Positions 8,095 through 18,669 of a stretch of DNA of 32,000 nt are shown one piece after another (position 1 is the stretch's first letter; each line of letters begins with the position of its first letter). The notes under the pieces are model-generated. The model had not been told where the DNA came from and made no database searches. It saw only the letters and a list, made by a program, of their open reading frames with translations. Source of the DNA: Alkanindiges illinoisensis DSM 15370 (GTDB lineage: Bacteria > Pseudomonadota > Gammaproteobacteria > Pseudomonadales > Moraxellaceae); contig NZ_JHUX01000003.1 in NCBI RefSeq assembly GCF_000619845.1, forward strand, positions 150,001 through 182,000. Direction: 5' to 3'. The position numbers were made by a program, and so were the translations under genes.

Positions 8095-9456
8095 CTACAA
8101 CAGGGTAACCCGATTGCCTTGCAATTCCTGTGACAATGCATAGGCCTGATGGTCTGAAAGGCTGCTCAGCATATCCAGAATCTGCATAATGTTGTGATAA
8201 TGAAAACTGGGTTCTTCTTTCAATACCGCACCATGCGCATGCAAAATATGCATCAGGCGTTGCTCGCGAAAACTTAAATGATGCTGCTTAACCGCCAGCG
8301 GCATAAAGGCATCCAGCAGCACATGCAAACTGGAATTGGCCACCAGCTCCAGCCGTGCCTTTTGTGGATGGGTAAAAATCCGTGTCCGTGCCAGATTTTT
8401 GGCGGCTTCCACGCCATGACACAAATCCGGTGGACAATGATCGAGCAAGCTGCCTTTTAGCTGACCAGCCAGAATTTGTTCATGCTGGCGCTTAAACGCA
8501 TCCGTGACTTCATCCACCAGCCGTTTCATGGCACGCCCACGTAGCGCCGCCAATTTTTGTGGAATGGGGACATTACGGCTAATTTCATCCGGTGCGCCGT
8601 AATCGGCAATCAGGGTTAAAAACAGCGGTTCCACTTCATGGTAATGCAGCATCCCCAGTTGCAGGCCATCTTCCAGATCAATCAGCGCATAGCAAATATC
8701 ATCGGCAGCTTCCAGCAAATAGGTGAGTGGATGTCGGCAAAACTGATAATCACCGGTTTGGATCAGGCCCAGATGCTCGGCAATTTCCAGCAAAATGCCT
8801 TTTTCACTCTGATAACAGCCAAACTTGGCACGCTTGTGGGAAGGATGCAAACTGGCCGGATCAAGTGGTTTGGCCAGCCACGGATATTTTAAATACGCAC
8901 CCAGCGTGGCATAGGTCAGGCGCATACCACCGTCATCCGGGTGATATTCCAGACGGCTTAATACCCGTAAACCCTGGGCATTGCCTTCAAACTGGCACAC
9001 ATCGGCGCGCTGTTCCGGGGTCAGTGAAATTAGTAAATGCTGATGCTTCGGGTGCTCAAACCAGTCGCGAATGGCATATTCACCCGCATGGCCAAACGGT
9101 GGATTGCCAATATCATGCGCAAGGCACGCTGCCTGAATAATGGCACCCACATCTGCTGGATCAATCCACGCTGGCAATTCATCCCTGATTTTTTCAGCAG
9201 CCAGCATGCCCAGCGAGCGGCCAATGCAAGACACTTCCAGCGAGTGGGTGAGCCGGGTATGAATCCCATCATTCTGGGTGAGTGGATGCACCTGCGTCTT
9301 GCGGTTTAATTGCCGAAAACTGCTGGAAAAAATAATCCGGTCATAGTCTTTGTGAAAAGCTGTACGTCCCTGTTCACTGCTGCCATGCTGTGAGTGACTT
9401 TTTTTACTGCCCAGCCGAATGGGAGAAAGTAGCTGTGCCCAACGCATTGCTTGCAT
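8095..9456 (-). CDS. dgt: dGTPase-like deoxynucleoside triphosphate triphosphohydrolase (HD domain)
   Basis: 453 aa with HD-domain motifs RLTHSLEV and HDIGNPPFGH. The N-terminus FHKDYDRIIFSSSFRQLNRKTQV is typical of the Dgt-like family. The start could be 9456 or 9447. Confidence 0.85.
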   Translation of the reverse strand: MQAMRWAQLLSPIRLGSKKSHSQHGSSEQGRTAFHKDYDRIIFSSSFRQLNRKTQVHPLTQNDGIHTRLTHSLEVSCIGRSLGMLAAEKIRDELPAWIDPADVGAIIQAACLAHDIGNPPFGHAGEYAIRDWFEHPKHQHLLISLTPEQRADVCQFEGNAQGLRVLSRLEYHPDDGGMRLTYATLGAYLKYPWLAKPLDPASLHPSHKRAKFGCYQSEKGILLEIAEHLGLIQTGDYQFCRHPLTYLLEAADDICYALIDLEDGLQLGMLHYHEVEPLFLTLIADYGAPDEISRNVPIPQKLAALRGRAMKRLVDEVTDAFKRQHEQILAGQLKGSLLDHCPPDLCHGVEAAKNLARTRIFTHPQKARLELVANSSLHVLLDAFMPLAVKQHHLSFREQRLMHILHAHGAVLKEEPSFHYHNIMQILDMLSSLSDHQAYALSQELQGNRVTLL

Positions 9457-9838
9457 AGAATCTAGAGTATTATTCAGGTTATTAATTATAACCGATCATG
9501 CCAAAGATTATCGGTTTAAGCGAGGCCTATATAAGATGGGGCGTCAAAATATGACGTACTTAAGCTAGAGTTTTTATAGACAGCAGGATGCTAACCATAG
9601 GCTCTGTTAACAAAACAATATTATTCTACTGATAAACATTTCTAAAAAACGGCCTGCCTACCCATTTTTCCAGTTTTTAGCGCTATCGATAAGAATTTGA
9701 TGACAAACCAATGTATTTCATTACGGTATGCGGCCATGCAATAGGGCATGCTGGTTTCACAAAGCGATCAGTAAATCGAGATAAGGTATTTGCATCTATC
9801 TCAATGCATTGATCAAGTTAAAAAAGTGGAGTCAAACT

Positions 9839-10525
9839 ATGCTGTTCCGTACAAAAACATTATTTGCCGTTTCAACCCTGTCTTTAGCCCTTACCAGTTC
9901 AGCATTTGCTGCCAGCCTTGACAGCCAGAACAATGCCACTGTTAAAGTGGGAAATACCAATGCTGGAGTTTCTGTCAATGCTAATGCCAATACAGAAGCA
10001 AATGGGAGTGGTGTACTGACTGGAATTAAAAGTCTGGGTAACAGTGCCGTAAATGGCCTTGAAAAAGCAGGTGGCGTTGTGGTGAATGAAACCAAATCTG
10101 CCACCAGTTATGTGGGTGACAAAACCGAGGCAGCATGGGATAAAACCAAAGAAGTGAGTAGCAGTGTAGCCAGCAATGTGAAATCGGATACCAGTAAAGC
10201 AGCGCATGCCACCACTGATAACGTAAAATCAGGCTGGGATAAGACCAGACAGGCGGGTGAAACAGTAGCCGATAAAGCAGGCAACACCAGTGCAAATATA
10301 GTGAATACCACAAAATCCACCAGCAAAAAAGCCTATGACAAAACCGTAAATGGCAGCAAGAAACTGGCTAGTAAAACCAGCCAGAAAGTCAATGCAGGTG
10401 TAACCAAAACCAAGCAACAGGTTCATACCCCTGCGGCAACTGTAGATGTTAATCACCAGACGAATGTTGATACAGGTGTGGGCAAGGCAGGCGTTGCTGG
10501 AAATGGGCATGTTGATGCGCGTTAA
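9839..10525 (+). CDS. Exported low-complexity Lys/Thr/Ser/Asn-rich protein (hydrophilin/LEA-like), function unknown
   Basis: ATG at 9839 is preceded by GTGGAG; the ORF-track start at 9809 is a TTG extension. The signal peptide is MLFRTKTLFAVSTLSLALTSSAFA/AS. The mature part has no Cys and carries repeated [W/Y]..DKT motifs (YVGDKT, AAWDKTKE, SGWDKTRQ, KAYDKTVN). Confidence 0.7.
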   Translation: MLFRTKTLFAVSTLSLALTSSAFAASLDSQNNATVKVGNTNAGVSVNANANTEANGSGVLTGIKSLGNSAVNGLEKAGGVVVNETKSATSYVGDKTEAAWDKTKEVSSSVASNVKSDTSKAAHATTDNVKSGWDKTRQAGETVADKAGNTSANIVNTTKSTSKKAYDKTVNGSKKLASKTSQKVNAGVTKTKQQVHTPAATVDVNHQTNVDTGVGKAGVAGNGHVDAR

Positions 10526-10601
10526 TTGAACTGAAGATTTTGGGATGCGATGAATCACTCAGTATCCATCTCCTGAAATTCCATAAACACAAAAGTCCAT
10601 G

Positions 10602-10628
10602 AAAAAGGGAACTTCGGTTCTCTTTTTT
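10602..10628 (+). terminator. Rho-independent terminator after the exported low-complexity protein gene
   Basis: AAAAAGGGAAC ttcg GTTCTCTTTTT forms a stem with one G-U pair, followed by a T-run. Confidence 0.7.
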
Positions 10629-10799
10629 GTATGGAAAAAGGGAAAAGGCAACCTCTAAAAGAAGTAAAATAAAATGTTTAAAATGTGACCGCAATACATG
10701 AAAGCCTAGCTGATTTGATCATTTGCGCGTATCATATAGCGCTTCTTTCAAACATTGTGGTTTTGTTAGTTGTAACAAGCCCATGGAGCCAGTTTCAGC

Positions 10800-13700
10800 A
10801 TGTTTATTGTGGCCGGTGCGTCAGCACTTTCTGCCTTCAAGCAGCGTCAGCTTTTATCCCGTATTTCTGCGCTTAGCTCAGTTGCAAACACTGTTACAAC
10901 GATAGAAAGCCAATTTGTTTATCTCTTCGATCAGGAGTTGAGCGAGCATCAGCAAACAGTTGCTGATCAATTGCTTAACGATGGTCAGAAATATGCCCTG
11001 ACTATCGCTGAATCTGGCGATGTGCAGGTGCTGGTCACCACCCGGATTGGCACAATTTCGCCCTGGTCATCCAAGGCCACTGATATTTTCAAAAACTGTA
11101 ATGCCCCGGTTCATCGGCTGGAGCGTGGGATTTTATATACCCTGCGCGGCTTGAACCAGCTCAATGCCGATGTGTCTGCGCTACTGCATGACCGCATGAC
11201 CGAAACCATTTTTGCCACGATTGAATCCGGTGCCGCGCTGTTTAGTGAAACTGCGCCCAAACCCTTGCAATCAGTAGATATTCTGGGTCATGGTAAGGAT
11301 GCACTGGTTAAGGCCAATCAGGAATTTGGCTTTGCCTTATCGATGCAGGAAATTGAATACCTGACTGACGCCTTTACCCAGCTTGGCCGTAATCCGCACG
11401 ACATTGAGCTGATGATGTTTGCGCAGGCCAACTCTGAGCATTGCCGCCATAAAATCTTTAATGCGGAATGGACCATCAATGGTGAAAAGCAGCCATTGTC
11501 CCTGTTCCAGATGATTAAAAATACCTATAAGCAATCGCCTAATGATGTGTTGTCTGCCTATAAAGACAATGCCTCGGTGATTGTGGGTTTCGATGCCGCG
11601 CGTTTTTACCAGCAGTATCAGCCTGAAAATGGACAGCATGAGTACAGCTACCGCAATCAGGCTGTACATATTCTGATGAAGGTGGAAACCCATAACCACC
11701 CGACAGCCATTGCGCCATTTGCCGGTGCAGCCACGGGTTCCGGTGGTGAAATTCGTGATGAAGGGGCAACAGGCCGTGGTGGCAAACCCAAAGCCGGTCT
11801 GGCTGGGTTTACTGTATCCAACCTGAATATTCCCGGCTTTGAACAGCCGTGGGAAGTTCCCTATGGCAAGCCGTCACGTATGGCTTCTGCCTTGCAAATC
11901 ATGATTGAAGGCCCGCTGGGTGCTGCCGCATTTAACAATGAATTTGGCCGCCCAAACCTGTGTGGTTATTTCCGTACCTTTGAGCAGGCGATTCCAACGC
12001 TCAAAGGCGTTGAGGTGAAAGGTTTCCATAAACCCATCATGATTGCTGGCGGTTATGGCAACATTCGCCCTGAGCATGTGGAAAAGAACCCGATTGAACC
12101 CGGTGATTTGCTGATTGTACTGGGTGGCCCTGCCTTGCTAATTGGCTTGGGTGGCGGTGCAGCGTCCAGTGTGGACAGTGGCACCATGGGTGAACAACTG
12201 GATTTTGCCTCTGTACAGCGTGACAACCCGGAAATGGAACGCCGTTGTCAGGAAGTGATTGATGCATGCTGGGGAATGGAAGATGCCAACCCGATTGTAT
12301 CGGTACATGATGTGGGCGCGGGTGGCCTGTCCAATGCCATGCCTGAGCTGGTGAATGACCATAAGCTGGGCGCAACACTCAACCTGCGCAAGATTCCATC
12401 ACTGGAAACCGGCATGTCGCCGATGGAAATCTGGTCAAACGAAGCACAGGAACGTTATGTGCTGGCCATTCGCCCTGATTCGCTCGAACTGTTTGAATCA
12501 CTGTGTGCACGTGAACGCTGTCCATTTGCGGTACTGGGTGAAGCTACCGAAGCCCGTCATTTAACGGTAGAAGATCCGCTGTTTGACAATAAGGCGGTTG
12601 ATATTCCCATGCAGGTGATGCTGGGTGGCACACCACGCATGCAGCGCAGTTATGACACTATGACCCGTCAGGGCAGTGCTTTTGATACCAGCACAATTGA
12701 CTTAAAAGATGCAATATTCCGTGTGTTGCGTCATCCATCGGTAGCCAGCAAGTCTTTCCTGATTACCATTGGTGACCGCTCAATTACCGGTATGGTGGCG
12801 CGTGACCAGATGGTTGGCCCCTGGCAGGTTCCTGTGGCCGATTGTGCGGTTACTACCACTGGCTATCAAACCTATACTGGCGAAGCCATGAGTATGGGTG
12901 AGCGTCCACCGGTTGCCTTGCTTAATCCGGCAGCTTCAGCGCGTCTGGCTGTGGCAGAAGCAATTACCAATATTAGTGCCAGCCGGATCAAGCAGCTCAG
13001 TGACATTAAACTGTCTGCCAACTGGATGGCTGCGGCTGGCCAGATGGGTGAAGATCAGGCGCTGTTTGAAGCGGTAAAAACTGTCGGTATGGAAATTTGC
13101 CCGGCACTGGATATTGCTATTCCGGTGGGCAAGGACTCATTGTCCATGCGTACTACCTGGCAGGATGCAGAAACGGGTGAAGAAAAGGCCGTTACTTCGC
13201 CAATGTCTGCCATTATTTCTGCCTTTGCACCGGTGCAGGACGTACGTAAGACCCTGACCCCAGAACTCAAGCGGGTTGAAGACACAGTGCTGGTACGTCT
13301 GGATCTGTCGCGTGGCAAGTTCCGTCTGGGTGCTTCCATTTTAGCACAGGTATATCAGGCACTGGGTGAAACCACGGCTGACCTTGATTCAACCGATGAC
13401 CTCAAGGCCTTCTTTGCCTTAATTCAGGACTGGAACCAGCGTGGTTTGCTCTTGGCCTACCATGATATTGGCGATGGTGGTTTGCTGGCTTCTGTCAGTG
13501 AAATGATGTTTGCTTCACGTCTTGGCGCTGACTTGCAACTAAAGGGCAATGATGTACTGGCTGAACTGTTTGCCGAAGAAATTGGTGCGGTTGTGCAGAT
13601 TACTGCTGGCAACTGGGCACAGCTCCAGCAAGAGTTACAAGGCCATCTGTTACAGGATGCCATTGTACAAATTGGTACCGTCAATTCTAGCGACCAGTTA

Positions 13701-14675
13701 ACTGTGGCTGGCCTGACTTTGTCCCGTGTAGAAATGCAGCAGGCCTGGGCTGAAGTAAGCTATCAAATCCAGCGTTTGCGGGATAATAGCGAAGGTGCAG
13801 ATCAGGAGTTTAGCCTGATTGACAACCCGGACTTCCAGGGCCTGATTGCCAAGCCAACCTTTGACCTGAATGAGCCGATTGAAGCGCCGTTTATCAATGT
13901 GCGTAAGCCAAAAATGGCCATTCTGCGTGAGCAGGGTGTTAATGGCCAGTTGGAAATGGCCGCAGCGTTTGAGAAAGCGGGTTTTTGTAGTGTTGACGTT
14001 CACATGAGCGATTTGCTGGCAGGCCATATTGATCTGAATGATTTTGAAGGTTTAGTGGCCTGTGGTGGCTTTAGTTACGGTGACGTGTTAGGCGCTGGCG
14101 GTGGCTGGGCCAAATCCATCATGTTCAATACTCGCTTGCGCGACCAGTTTGCCCGTTTCTTCCAGCGTGAGGAAACCTTTAGCCTCGGCATCTGTAATGG
14201 TTGCCAGATGATGGCACAGCTCAAGGACCTGATTCCCGGCGCTAGCGAATGGCCACGTTTCTACCAGAACACCAGTGAGCGCTTTGAAGCACGTACCGTA
14301 AATGTGCGTGTTGAAAAATCCCGTTCAGTGCTGCTGGAAGACATGGCTGGTTCGATTTTACCGATTGCTGTAGCACATGGTGAAGGCCGTGTGGTTGCCA
14401 GTGATGATGCCTTGGCAAGTCTGGCAGCACAGCAACAAATTACCTTACGCTATGTGGACAGTCAGGGCAATCCAACCCAGCATTATCCACTCAATCCAAA
14501 TGGCTCACCGGATGGTATTACCGGAGTAACCAGTCTGGATGGCCGTGCGACCATTTTAATGCCGCACCCGGAGCGTACATTCCGTGCCGTGCAGCACTCA
14601 TGGAAGCCGGAAGACTGGCAGGATGATGGGGCGTGGATGCGCTTATTCCGCAATGCACGTCGCTTTGTGGGATAA
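10800..14675 (+). CDS. purL: Phosphoribosylformylglycinamidine synthase, single-chain large PurL
   Basis: 1291 aa with an N-terminus like E. coli PurL (..ALSAF...LL.R). It has AIR-synthase-like repeats and a C-terminal glutamine amidotransferase domain ([12 protein letters not shown]). Confidence 0.97.
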   Translation: MFIVAGASALSAFKQRQLLSRISALSSVANTVTTIESQFVYLFDQELSEHQQTVADQLLNDGQKYALTIAESGDVQVLVTTRIGTISPWSSKATDIFKNCNAPVHRLERGILYTLRGLNQLNADVSALLHDRMTETIFATIESGAALFSETAPKPLQSVDILGHGKDALVKANQEFGFALSMQEIEYLTDAFTQLGRNPHDIELMMFAQANSEHCRHKIFNAEWTINGEKQPLSLFQMIKNTYKQSPNDVLSAYKDNASVIVGFDAARFYQQYQPENGQHEYSYRNQAVHILMKVETHNHPTAIAPFAGAATGSGGEIRDEGATGRGGKPKAGLAGFTVSNLNIPGFEQPWEVPYGKPSRMASALQIMIEGPLGAAAFNNEFGRPNLCGYFRTFEQAIPTLKGVEVKGFHKPIMIAGGYGNIRPEHVEKNPIEPGDLLIVLGGPALLIGLGGGAASSVDSGTMGEQLDFASVQRDNPEMERRCQEVIDACWGMEDANPIVSVHDVGAGGLSNAMPELVNDHKLGATLNLRKIPSLETGMSPMEIWSNEAQERYVLAIRPDSLELFESLCARERCPFAVLGEATEARHLTVEDPLFDNKAVDIPMQVMLGGTPRMQRSYDTMTRQGSAFDTSTIDLKDAIFRVLRHPSVASKSFLITIGDRSITGMVARDQMVGPWQVPVADCAVTTTGYQTYTGEAMSMGERPPVALLNPAASARLAVAEAITNISASRIKQLSDIKLSANWMAAAGQMGEDQALFEAVKTVGMEICPALDIAIPVGKDSLSMRTTWQDAETGEEKAVTSPMSAIISAFAPVQDVRKTLTPELKRVEDTVLVRLDLSRGKFRLGASILAQVYQALGETTADLDSTDDLKAFFALIQDWNQRGLLLAYHDIGDGGLLASVSEMMFASRLGADLQLKGNDVLAELFAEEIGAVVQITAGNWAQLQQELQGHLLQDAIVQIGTVNSSDQLTVAGLTLSRVEMQQAWAEVSYQIQRLRDNSEGADQEFSLIDNPDFQGLIAKPTFDLNEPIEAPFINVRKPKMAILREQGVNGQLEMAAAFEKAGFCSVDVHMSDLLAGHIDLNDFEGLVACGGFSYGDVLGAGGGWAKSIMFNTRLRDQFARFFQREETFSLGICNGCQMMAQLKDLIPGASEWPRFYQNTSERFEARTVNVRVEKSRSVLLEDMAGSILPIAVAHGEGRVVASDDALASLAAQQQITLRYVDSQGNPTQHYPLNPNGSPDGITGVTSLDGRATILMPHPERTFRAVQHSWKPEDWQDDGAWMRLFRNARRFVG

Positions 14676-14726
14676 TGGCTGGGTAAACTGGTTGAATAAA
14701 GTTTAGCTGTAAAATAGGCGTTGTAT

Positions 14727-14757
14727 AAAAAGCCGTATCTGATGATGCGGCTTTTTT
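14727..14757 (+). terminator. Rho-independent terminator of purL
   Basis: AAAAAGCCGTATC tgat GATGCGGCTTTTTT is an 8-bp stem with one G-U pair, followed by T6. Confidence 0.8.
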
Positions 14758-14968
14758 ATACAAATTTTGGCCTTATTCAGGTGAAAATAAATAGACGTGC
14801 TTATATTTTAACGTTATCTTTAAAGCACATAATAATTGGTATTTGTGCCAAAACAATAAGGCATATTAGTCAATGCAAAGTCGCATGATGATTATCTGTA
14901 CATTGTATTGCAGCGTCATTTGCACAAATTAGCCACAACTTTGCACATTAAAAGTTAAGGAATGATGG

Positions 14969-15280
14969 ATGTACAAACTGGTTTTTTTTGTTCCGGACAC
15001 CCATGTCAATGAGGTGAAAGAAGCCATATTTGCGGCAGGGGCTGGCAAAGTCGGGGACTATGAATGTTGCGCCTGGCAGGTCTTGGGGCAGGGGCAGTTT
15101 CGCCCGTTGAAAGGGGCTAATCCGCATATTGGTGAAGTAGGCAAGATTGAGCTGGTGCCTGAATGGCGCGTCGAGGTGGTTTTGCCACGTGACAAGCTGG
15201 CCAAGGTTTTAAAAGTCATGAAAGAATCTCATCCTTACGAGCACCCTGCCTTTGATGTGATCCAGCTCATTTCGTGGTAG
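14969..15280 (+). CDS. YqfO/NIF3 C-terminal-domain-like small protein
   Basis: 103 aa. The pattern KLVFFVP...V..A.F.AGAG..G.Y..C.....G.G.F.P..G.NP.IGE.G......E.R.E......L..V...M...HPYE.PA.DV matches stand-alone YqfO-family proteins as I remember them. Confidence 0.55.
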   Translation: MYKLVFFVPDTHVNEVKEAIFAAGAGKVGDYECCAWQVLGQGQFRPLKGANPHIGEVGKIELVPEWRVEVVLPRDKLAKVLKVMKESHPYEHPAFDVIQLISW

Positions 15281-15477
15281 AGGCTGTAAAACATTATTTG
15301 TATAGTGGATTCATCACCATAATGCCTGTACTAGAATAGGGCAGGCCTTCATATTATTAAGAAAAAATAATTTTTTGACAGTAAAGACGTTAAATTCATT
15401 TAAAATAATATGTCCGCCTGTAAGCACAGTCCTGTTAATAGGGCTAAGGTGCCTTCATTATTTTTTAGGGGCTGCAT

Positions 15478-16113
15478 GTGTTTGATTTTTTGATTTTTAT
15501 TGGTCGTTTTCAGCCATTTCATCTGGCTCATCAGGCCGTAATTCAGGAAGCATTTAAGCACAGCAAATCGGTGATTATTCTGTTGGGTTCGGCACAACCT
15601 GAGGAAGGATTCAGTGACACATCATTTCGCTCTGACACAAGGGTAGAGCTATGCTCATCCCGTACGCTCAAGAATATTTTTACAGCAAATGAGCGTGAAG
15701 AAATGATCCGGGCTGCTTTTGCGCCAGAGCAACAAAGCCAGCTTCATTTTGCCGGCTTAGTCGATGTTTTTAATGATAAAAAATGGACAGCCATGGTGAA
15801 GCAGGCAGTACAGGAGATTGTTCAGCAATGCAGCCAGTCTGATAATTCAGACATTCAAAATAAAATAGGGTTAATTGGTCATTTCAAGGATCAAAGTTCG
15901 TATTATTTAGCTCTATTTCCCGAGTGGTCATTAGTTGAGCTGGACAATTATTTTCACTTGTCCGCAACCCCGATTCGTGAGCAATATTTGTTAGGCCATT
16001 TACCCACGTTAACTCAGGTGCCAGCCTCCACATTAAGCTACTTAATGAATTTCCAGCAAACATCAAGCTATCGAGCGTTACAGCAACAGGCGCAGCAATC
16101 GCTTAAGGTATAA
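15478..16113 (+). CDS. NadM-type nicotinamide-nucleotide adenylyltransferase-like protein (cytidylyltransferase fold), with no Nudix domain
   Basis: 211 aa with a GTG start and TAGGGG about 8 nt upstream. FIGRFQPFHLAH is the H-x-x-H nucleotidyltransferase motif, and LSATPIRE is the second (SxTxxR) motif. These are typical of NadM. Confidence 0.6.
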   Translation: MFDFLIFIGRFQPFHLAHQAVIQEAFKHSKSVIILLGSAQPEEGFSDTSFRSDTRVELCSSRTLKNIFTANEREEMIRAAFAPEQQSQLHFAGLVDVFNDKKWTAMVKQAVQEIVQQCSQSDNSDIQNKIGLIGHFKDQSSYYLALFPEWSLVELDNYFHLSATPIREQYLLGHLPTLTQVPASTLSYLMNFQQTSSYRALQQQAQQSLKV

Positions 16114-16142
16114 CTGTACTTAACAGCTATATTGGTGAATAT

Positions 16143-16712
16143 ATGATTGCGCAGAAAATGAAAATTCCCTGTTTTGCTGTAACCCTGCCATTGCTGATTA
16201 GCCTGACAGCAACCACTGCACAGGCTGCCACTTTAAGAGTTGACCCAGCCCAGACCAGTGTGGCGTTTCAGGTAAAAGGTGTAGGCGGTGCCAGCGGAAG
16301 CTTTAGCAAGTTTGAGGGCACGGCCAACTATAATCCGGACAGTCTAAAAGACCTGAAAATCAATTTTGTGATTGATAGCAACAGTATCAATGCTGGTGCT
16401 AAAACAGCCATTTATAAGGGTGATAAAGTCTTTGATGTGGATGATTATCCAACGCTGACTTTCCGCAGTACCCAGGTTACCCCAAAATCCAGCAATGCAG
16501 TAAAAGTTGATGGCTTGCTCACCATGCATGGCGTAACCAAACCGGTAAGCTGGAATATGCAAATTGATCCAGCCCGTAGTAATGACCAGCAATTGCACTT
16601 TACTGCCAATACCAGTATCAAGCGCAGTCAGTGGGGCATGAATGGTTATTCAAAACTGGCGTCTGATCAGGTTGACCTCAATATTCAGGCCAAGCTGAGC
16701 GCAGAAAGTTAG
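16143..16712 (+). CDS. yceI: YceI-family periplasmic (polyisoprenoid-binding-like) protein
   Basis: 189 aa with signal peptide ..TATTAQA/AT. The YceI-like pattern is present (SVAFQVKG..SG.F..FEG...........I.F.IDS.SI, DDYPTLTF.S, LTMHGVTKPV). Confidence 0.8.
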   Translation: MIAQKMKIPCFAVTLPLLISLTATTAQAATLRVDPAQTSVAFQVKGVGGASGSFSKFEGTANYNPDSLKDLKINFVIDSNSINAGAKTAIYKGDKVFDVDDYPTLTFRSTQVTPKSSNAVKVDGLLTMHGVTKPVSWNMQIDPARSNDQQLHFTANTSIKRSQWGMNGYSKLASDQVDLNIQAKLSAES

Positions 16713-16770
16713 TCTTTTAATGAGGTTAAATCCGCTTTAAGTCTTCAGTGTTTTTAAAAATTTGTTGTTA

Positions 16771-16809
16771 AAAAAGCAGAGACGATACCCGGCGTGCTCT
16801 GCTTTTTTT
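16771..16809. terminator. Bidirectional terminator between convergent yceI and bcp
   Basis: AAAAAGCAGAG (16771-16781) and CTCTGCTTTTTTT (16796-16809) give a 6-bp GC-rich stem. An A-run precedes it and a T-run follows, so it can work on both strands. Confidence 0.7.
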
Positions 16810-16850
16810 ATGAAAGCTAAATCGCTTAAACAATAAAAATAATTATTGAA

Positions 16851-17354
16851 TCAGATGTGTTGCTGAATAAAATTTAAGACCAGTGCAGCGTGGCCTGCTG
16901 CTTTTACCTTACGCCAGCTTTGAAGCAGTTGGCCTTGCTGGTCAAACAGAAAACTGCTGCGCTCAATGCCCTGAACCTGCTTGCCATACATATTTTTGGT
17001 TTTAATCACGTCAAAATGGCGGCACAGGATTTCATCGGGATCACTAATTAATGCAAATGGAATGCTTTCCTTTAAGGTGAATTTATCATGTGATTTCAGG
17101 CTATCGCGTGACACCCCATAAATTTTGACGCCCAGTTTTTCAAATTCAGGCAACAAGTCACGAAAATCCTGTGCCTGTGTGGTGCAGCCTGCGGTTAAAT
17201 CTTTCGGATAAAAATACAGTAATGTGTAATGGCCCTGAAGTGTTTGCAGGTTAAAACTGCCTTGCGTGCTATCGACCATTAAATTAGGCAGTTTAGATGG
17301 TTGTTCGGATGAGTTTTTTTCGTCAGGCGTACTGACAGGAATAGAAGTTGACAT
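16851..17354 (-). CDS. bcp: Peroxiredoxin Bcp (thiol peroxidase, PrxQ/BCP family)
   Basis: 167 aa. FYPKDLTAGCTTQA matches the Bcp active site (FYPK..TPGCT.QA). The residue at the +5 position is Gln, where E. coli Bcp has the resolving Cys. Confidence 0.88.
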   Translation of the reverse strand: MSTSIPVSTPDEKNSSEQPSKLPNLMVDSTQGSFNLQTLQGHYTLLYFYPKDLTAGCTTQAQDFRDLLPEFEKLGVKIYGVSRDSLKSHDKFTLKESIPFALISDPDEILCRHFDVIKTKNMYGKQVQGIERSSFLFDQQGQLLQSWRKVKAAGHAALVLNFIQQHI

Positions 17355-17409
17355 AAGCTTTTTTAAAGGAAACCAGATAAATAATAGCGAGTATAAAACA
17401 CTAACACTT

Positions 17410-17443
17410 AAAATAATAAAGCCCGTTCATTTTAACGGGCTTT
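17410..17443 (-). terminator. Rho-independent terminator after the queE-queC-orf118 unit
   Basis: AAAGCCCGTT (17418-17427) and AACGGGCTTT (17434-17443) form a perfect 10-bp stem. On the minus strand it is followed by ATTATTTT. Confidence 0.75.
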
Positions 17444-17476
17444 AAAAAATATAACTTTGAGCCTGGAAAAGGCGAA

Positions 17477-17833
17477 TTATTTTTTGCTGGCAGCAGGGAA
17501 TTGAGGCTCGCTCATTTTGACACCAGCGCGGCATTTATCCAGATCACCCTTAATGCGTTTTAATGCAGGCAGATTATTGGGATTCTGGCCTTTCATGGCA
17601 GCACTTTGAATATCCCAGAACTCGCCTAATTTAAGCTGGCTGGCCTGAACATTGATGGTACAGCTACACACCTTTTTGGCACTGGCAGAGTCAGTCATTT
17701 TCAACTGTACTGCTTCATCAGCACAGCGCTCAATCATGGCAGACTTGATATCCGTTGGTGCAGCAAAACTCATGCTGGAAGATGCCATAACAGCGGCAAT
17801 GAATGCTAAACGCACAGCAGAAAATTTGATCAT
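17477..17833 (-). CDS. Small exported four-Cys protein, function unknown
   Basis: 118 aa with signal peptide MIKFSAVRLAFIAAVMASSSMSFA/AP. The mature part contains four Cys. It starts 29 nt downstream of queC on the same strand. Confidence 0.6.
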   Translation of the reverse strand: MIKFSAVRLAFIAAVMASSSMSFAAPTDIKSAMIERCADEAVQLKMTDSASAKKVCSCTINVQASQLKLGEFWDIQSAAMKGQNPNNLPALKRIKGDLDKCRAGVKMSEPQFPAASKK

Positions 17834-17862
17834 AGTAATCCTTGATGTTAATTGCCTAAATC

Positions 17863-18633
17863 TTAGTTGATAACTGCTTGATATAAGGTAGGATCTTCAA
17901 CGCCTGCATCAATAAAACCCTGACGACGTAAGCGGCAACTGTCACAACGACCACAGGCATAACCGTTGTCATCCGCCTGATAGCAGGAAATGGTTTGCGC
18001 GTAGTCTACCCCGTGTTCCAGACCCAGCTGTATAATAGCTGCTTTTGTTAAATGTAATAATGGAGTTTCTATTGTAATTGGGTTACCTTCGACGCCTGCC
18101 TTGGTGGCCAGCGCTGCCATTTTTGCAAAGGCATCAATATATTCCGGGCGGCAATCCGGGTAGCCGGAATAATCAACCGCATTCACGCCAATCACAATGG
18201 CTGAAGCATTTTTTACTTCGGCTGCGGCCAGTGCATAAGACATAAAAATAGTATTGCGTGCAGGCACATACGTTACCGGAATAGCACCAGGCTGATTTTG
18301 CCGGTAGTTTTCTGACTGGCTTTCAATTTCACAGTCCTGCGGCACGGCAATAGAATCATCAGTTAAGGCAGAACCGCCCAGCTGGCGCAGGTCAATATCA
18401 ATAATGCGATGTTCCACACCGGCACGCTTGGCCAGTGCCCGCGCTGCATCCAGTTCGCTGGAGTGACGCTGGCCATAGGAAAAACTCAAGGCAAAGCATT
18501 CATAGCGTGCCTGTGCCCAGGCCAGACAGGTGGTTGAATCCAGTCCGCCAGATAGCAGCACAATCGCCCGCGGCTTTTGCGCAGTAGTTTGAGAAATAGG
18601 GGAGGTTGAATTATCAGAAGAAGACTGAGTCAT
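17863..18633 (-). CDS. queC: 7-cyano-7-deazaguanine synthase QueC
   Basis: 256 aa with the PP-loop LLSGGLDST and the C-terminal Zn cluster CYQ....[11 protein letters not shown]. Confidence 0.93.
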   Translation of the reverse strand: MTQSSSDNSTSPISQTTAQKPRAIVLLSGGLDSTTCLAWAQARYECFALSFSYGQRHSSELDAARALAKRAGVEHRIIDIDLRQLGGSALTDDSIAVPQDCEIESQSENYRQNQPGAIPVTYVPARNTIFMSYALAAAEVKNASAIVIGVNAVDYSGYPDCRPEYIDAFAKMAALATKAGVEGNPITIETPLLHLTKAAIIQLGLEHGVDYAQTISCYQADDNGYACGRCDSCRLRRQGFIDAGVEDPTLYQAVIN

Positions 18634-18669
18634 AATATTACCTTAGCCGTTATGAGCTGGGTGAGTGGC

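Noticed and set aside
8095-9456. The dGTPase-like HD protein as a possible anti-phage dNTP-depletion defence gene.
   Set aside because: It sits alone among core genes (ruvAB) with no neighbouring defence or mobile genes. It looks like the widespread housekeeping Dgt-like paralog. Nothing in the sequence marks it as a defence variant.
9832-10694. Five antisense ORFs (72-109 aa) opposite the exported low-complexity protein gene and its downstream spacer.
   Set aside because: Stop codons are scarce opposite the repetitive K/T/S/N codons. The plus-strand gene has the SD, signal peptide and terminator, and the antisense ORFs have none of these.
14873-14932. A 19-codon mini-ORF (MQSRMMIICTLYCSVICTN) in the purL/yqfO-like spacer, as a possible leader or toxic hydrophobic peptide.
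   Set aside because: It has no SD-like sequence upstream, no associated terminator or antiterminator structure, and no antisense RNA signature. Such short ORFs arise by chance in AT-rich spacers.
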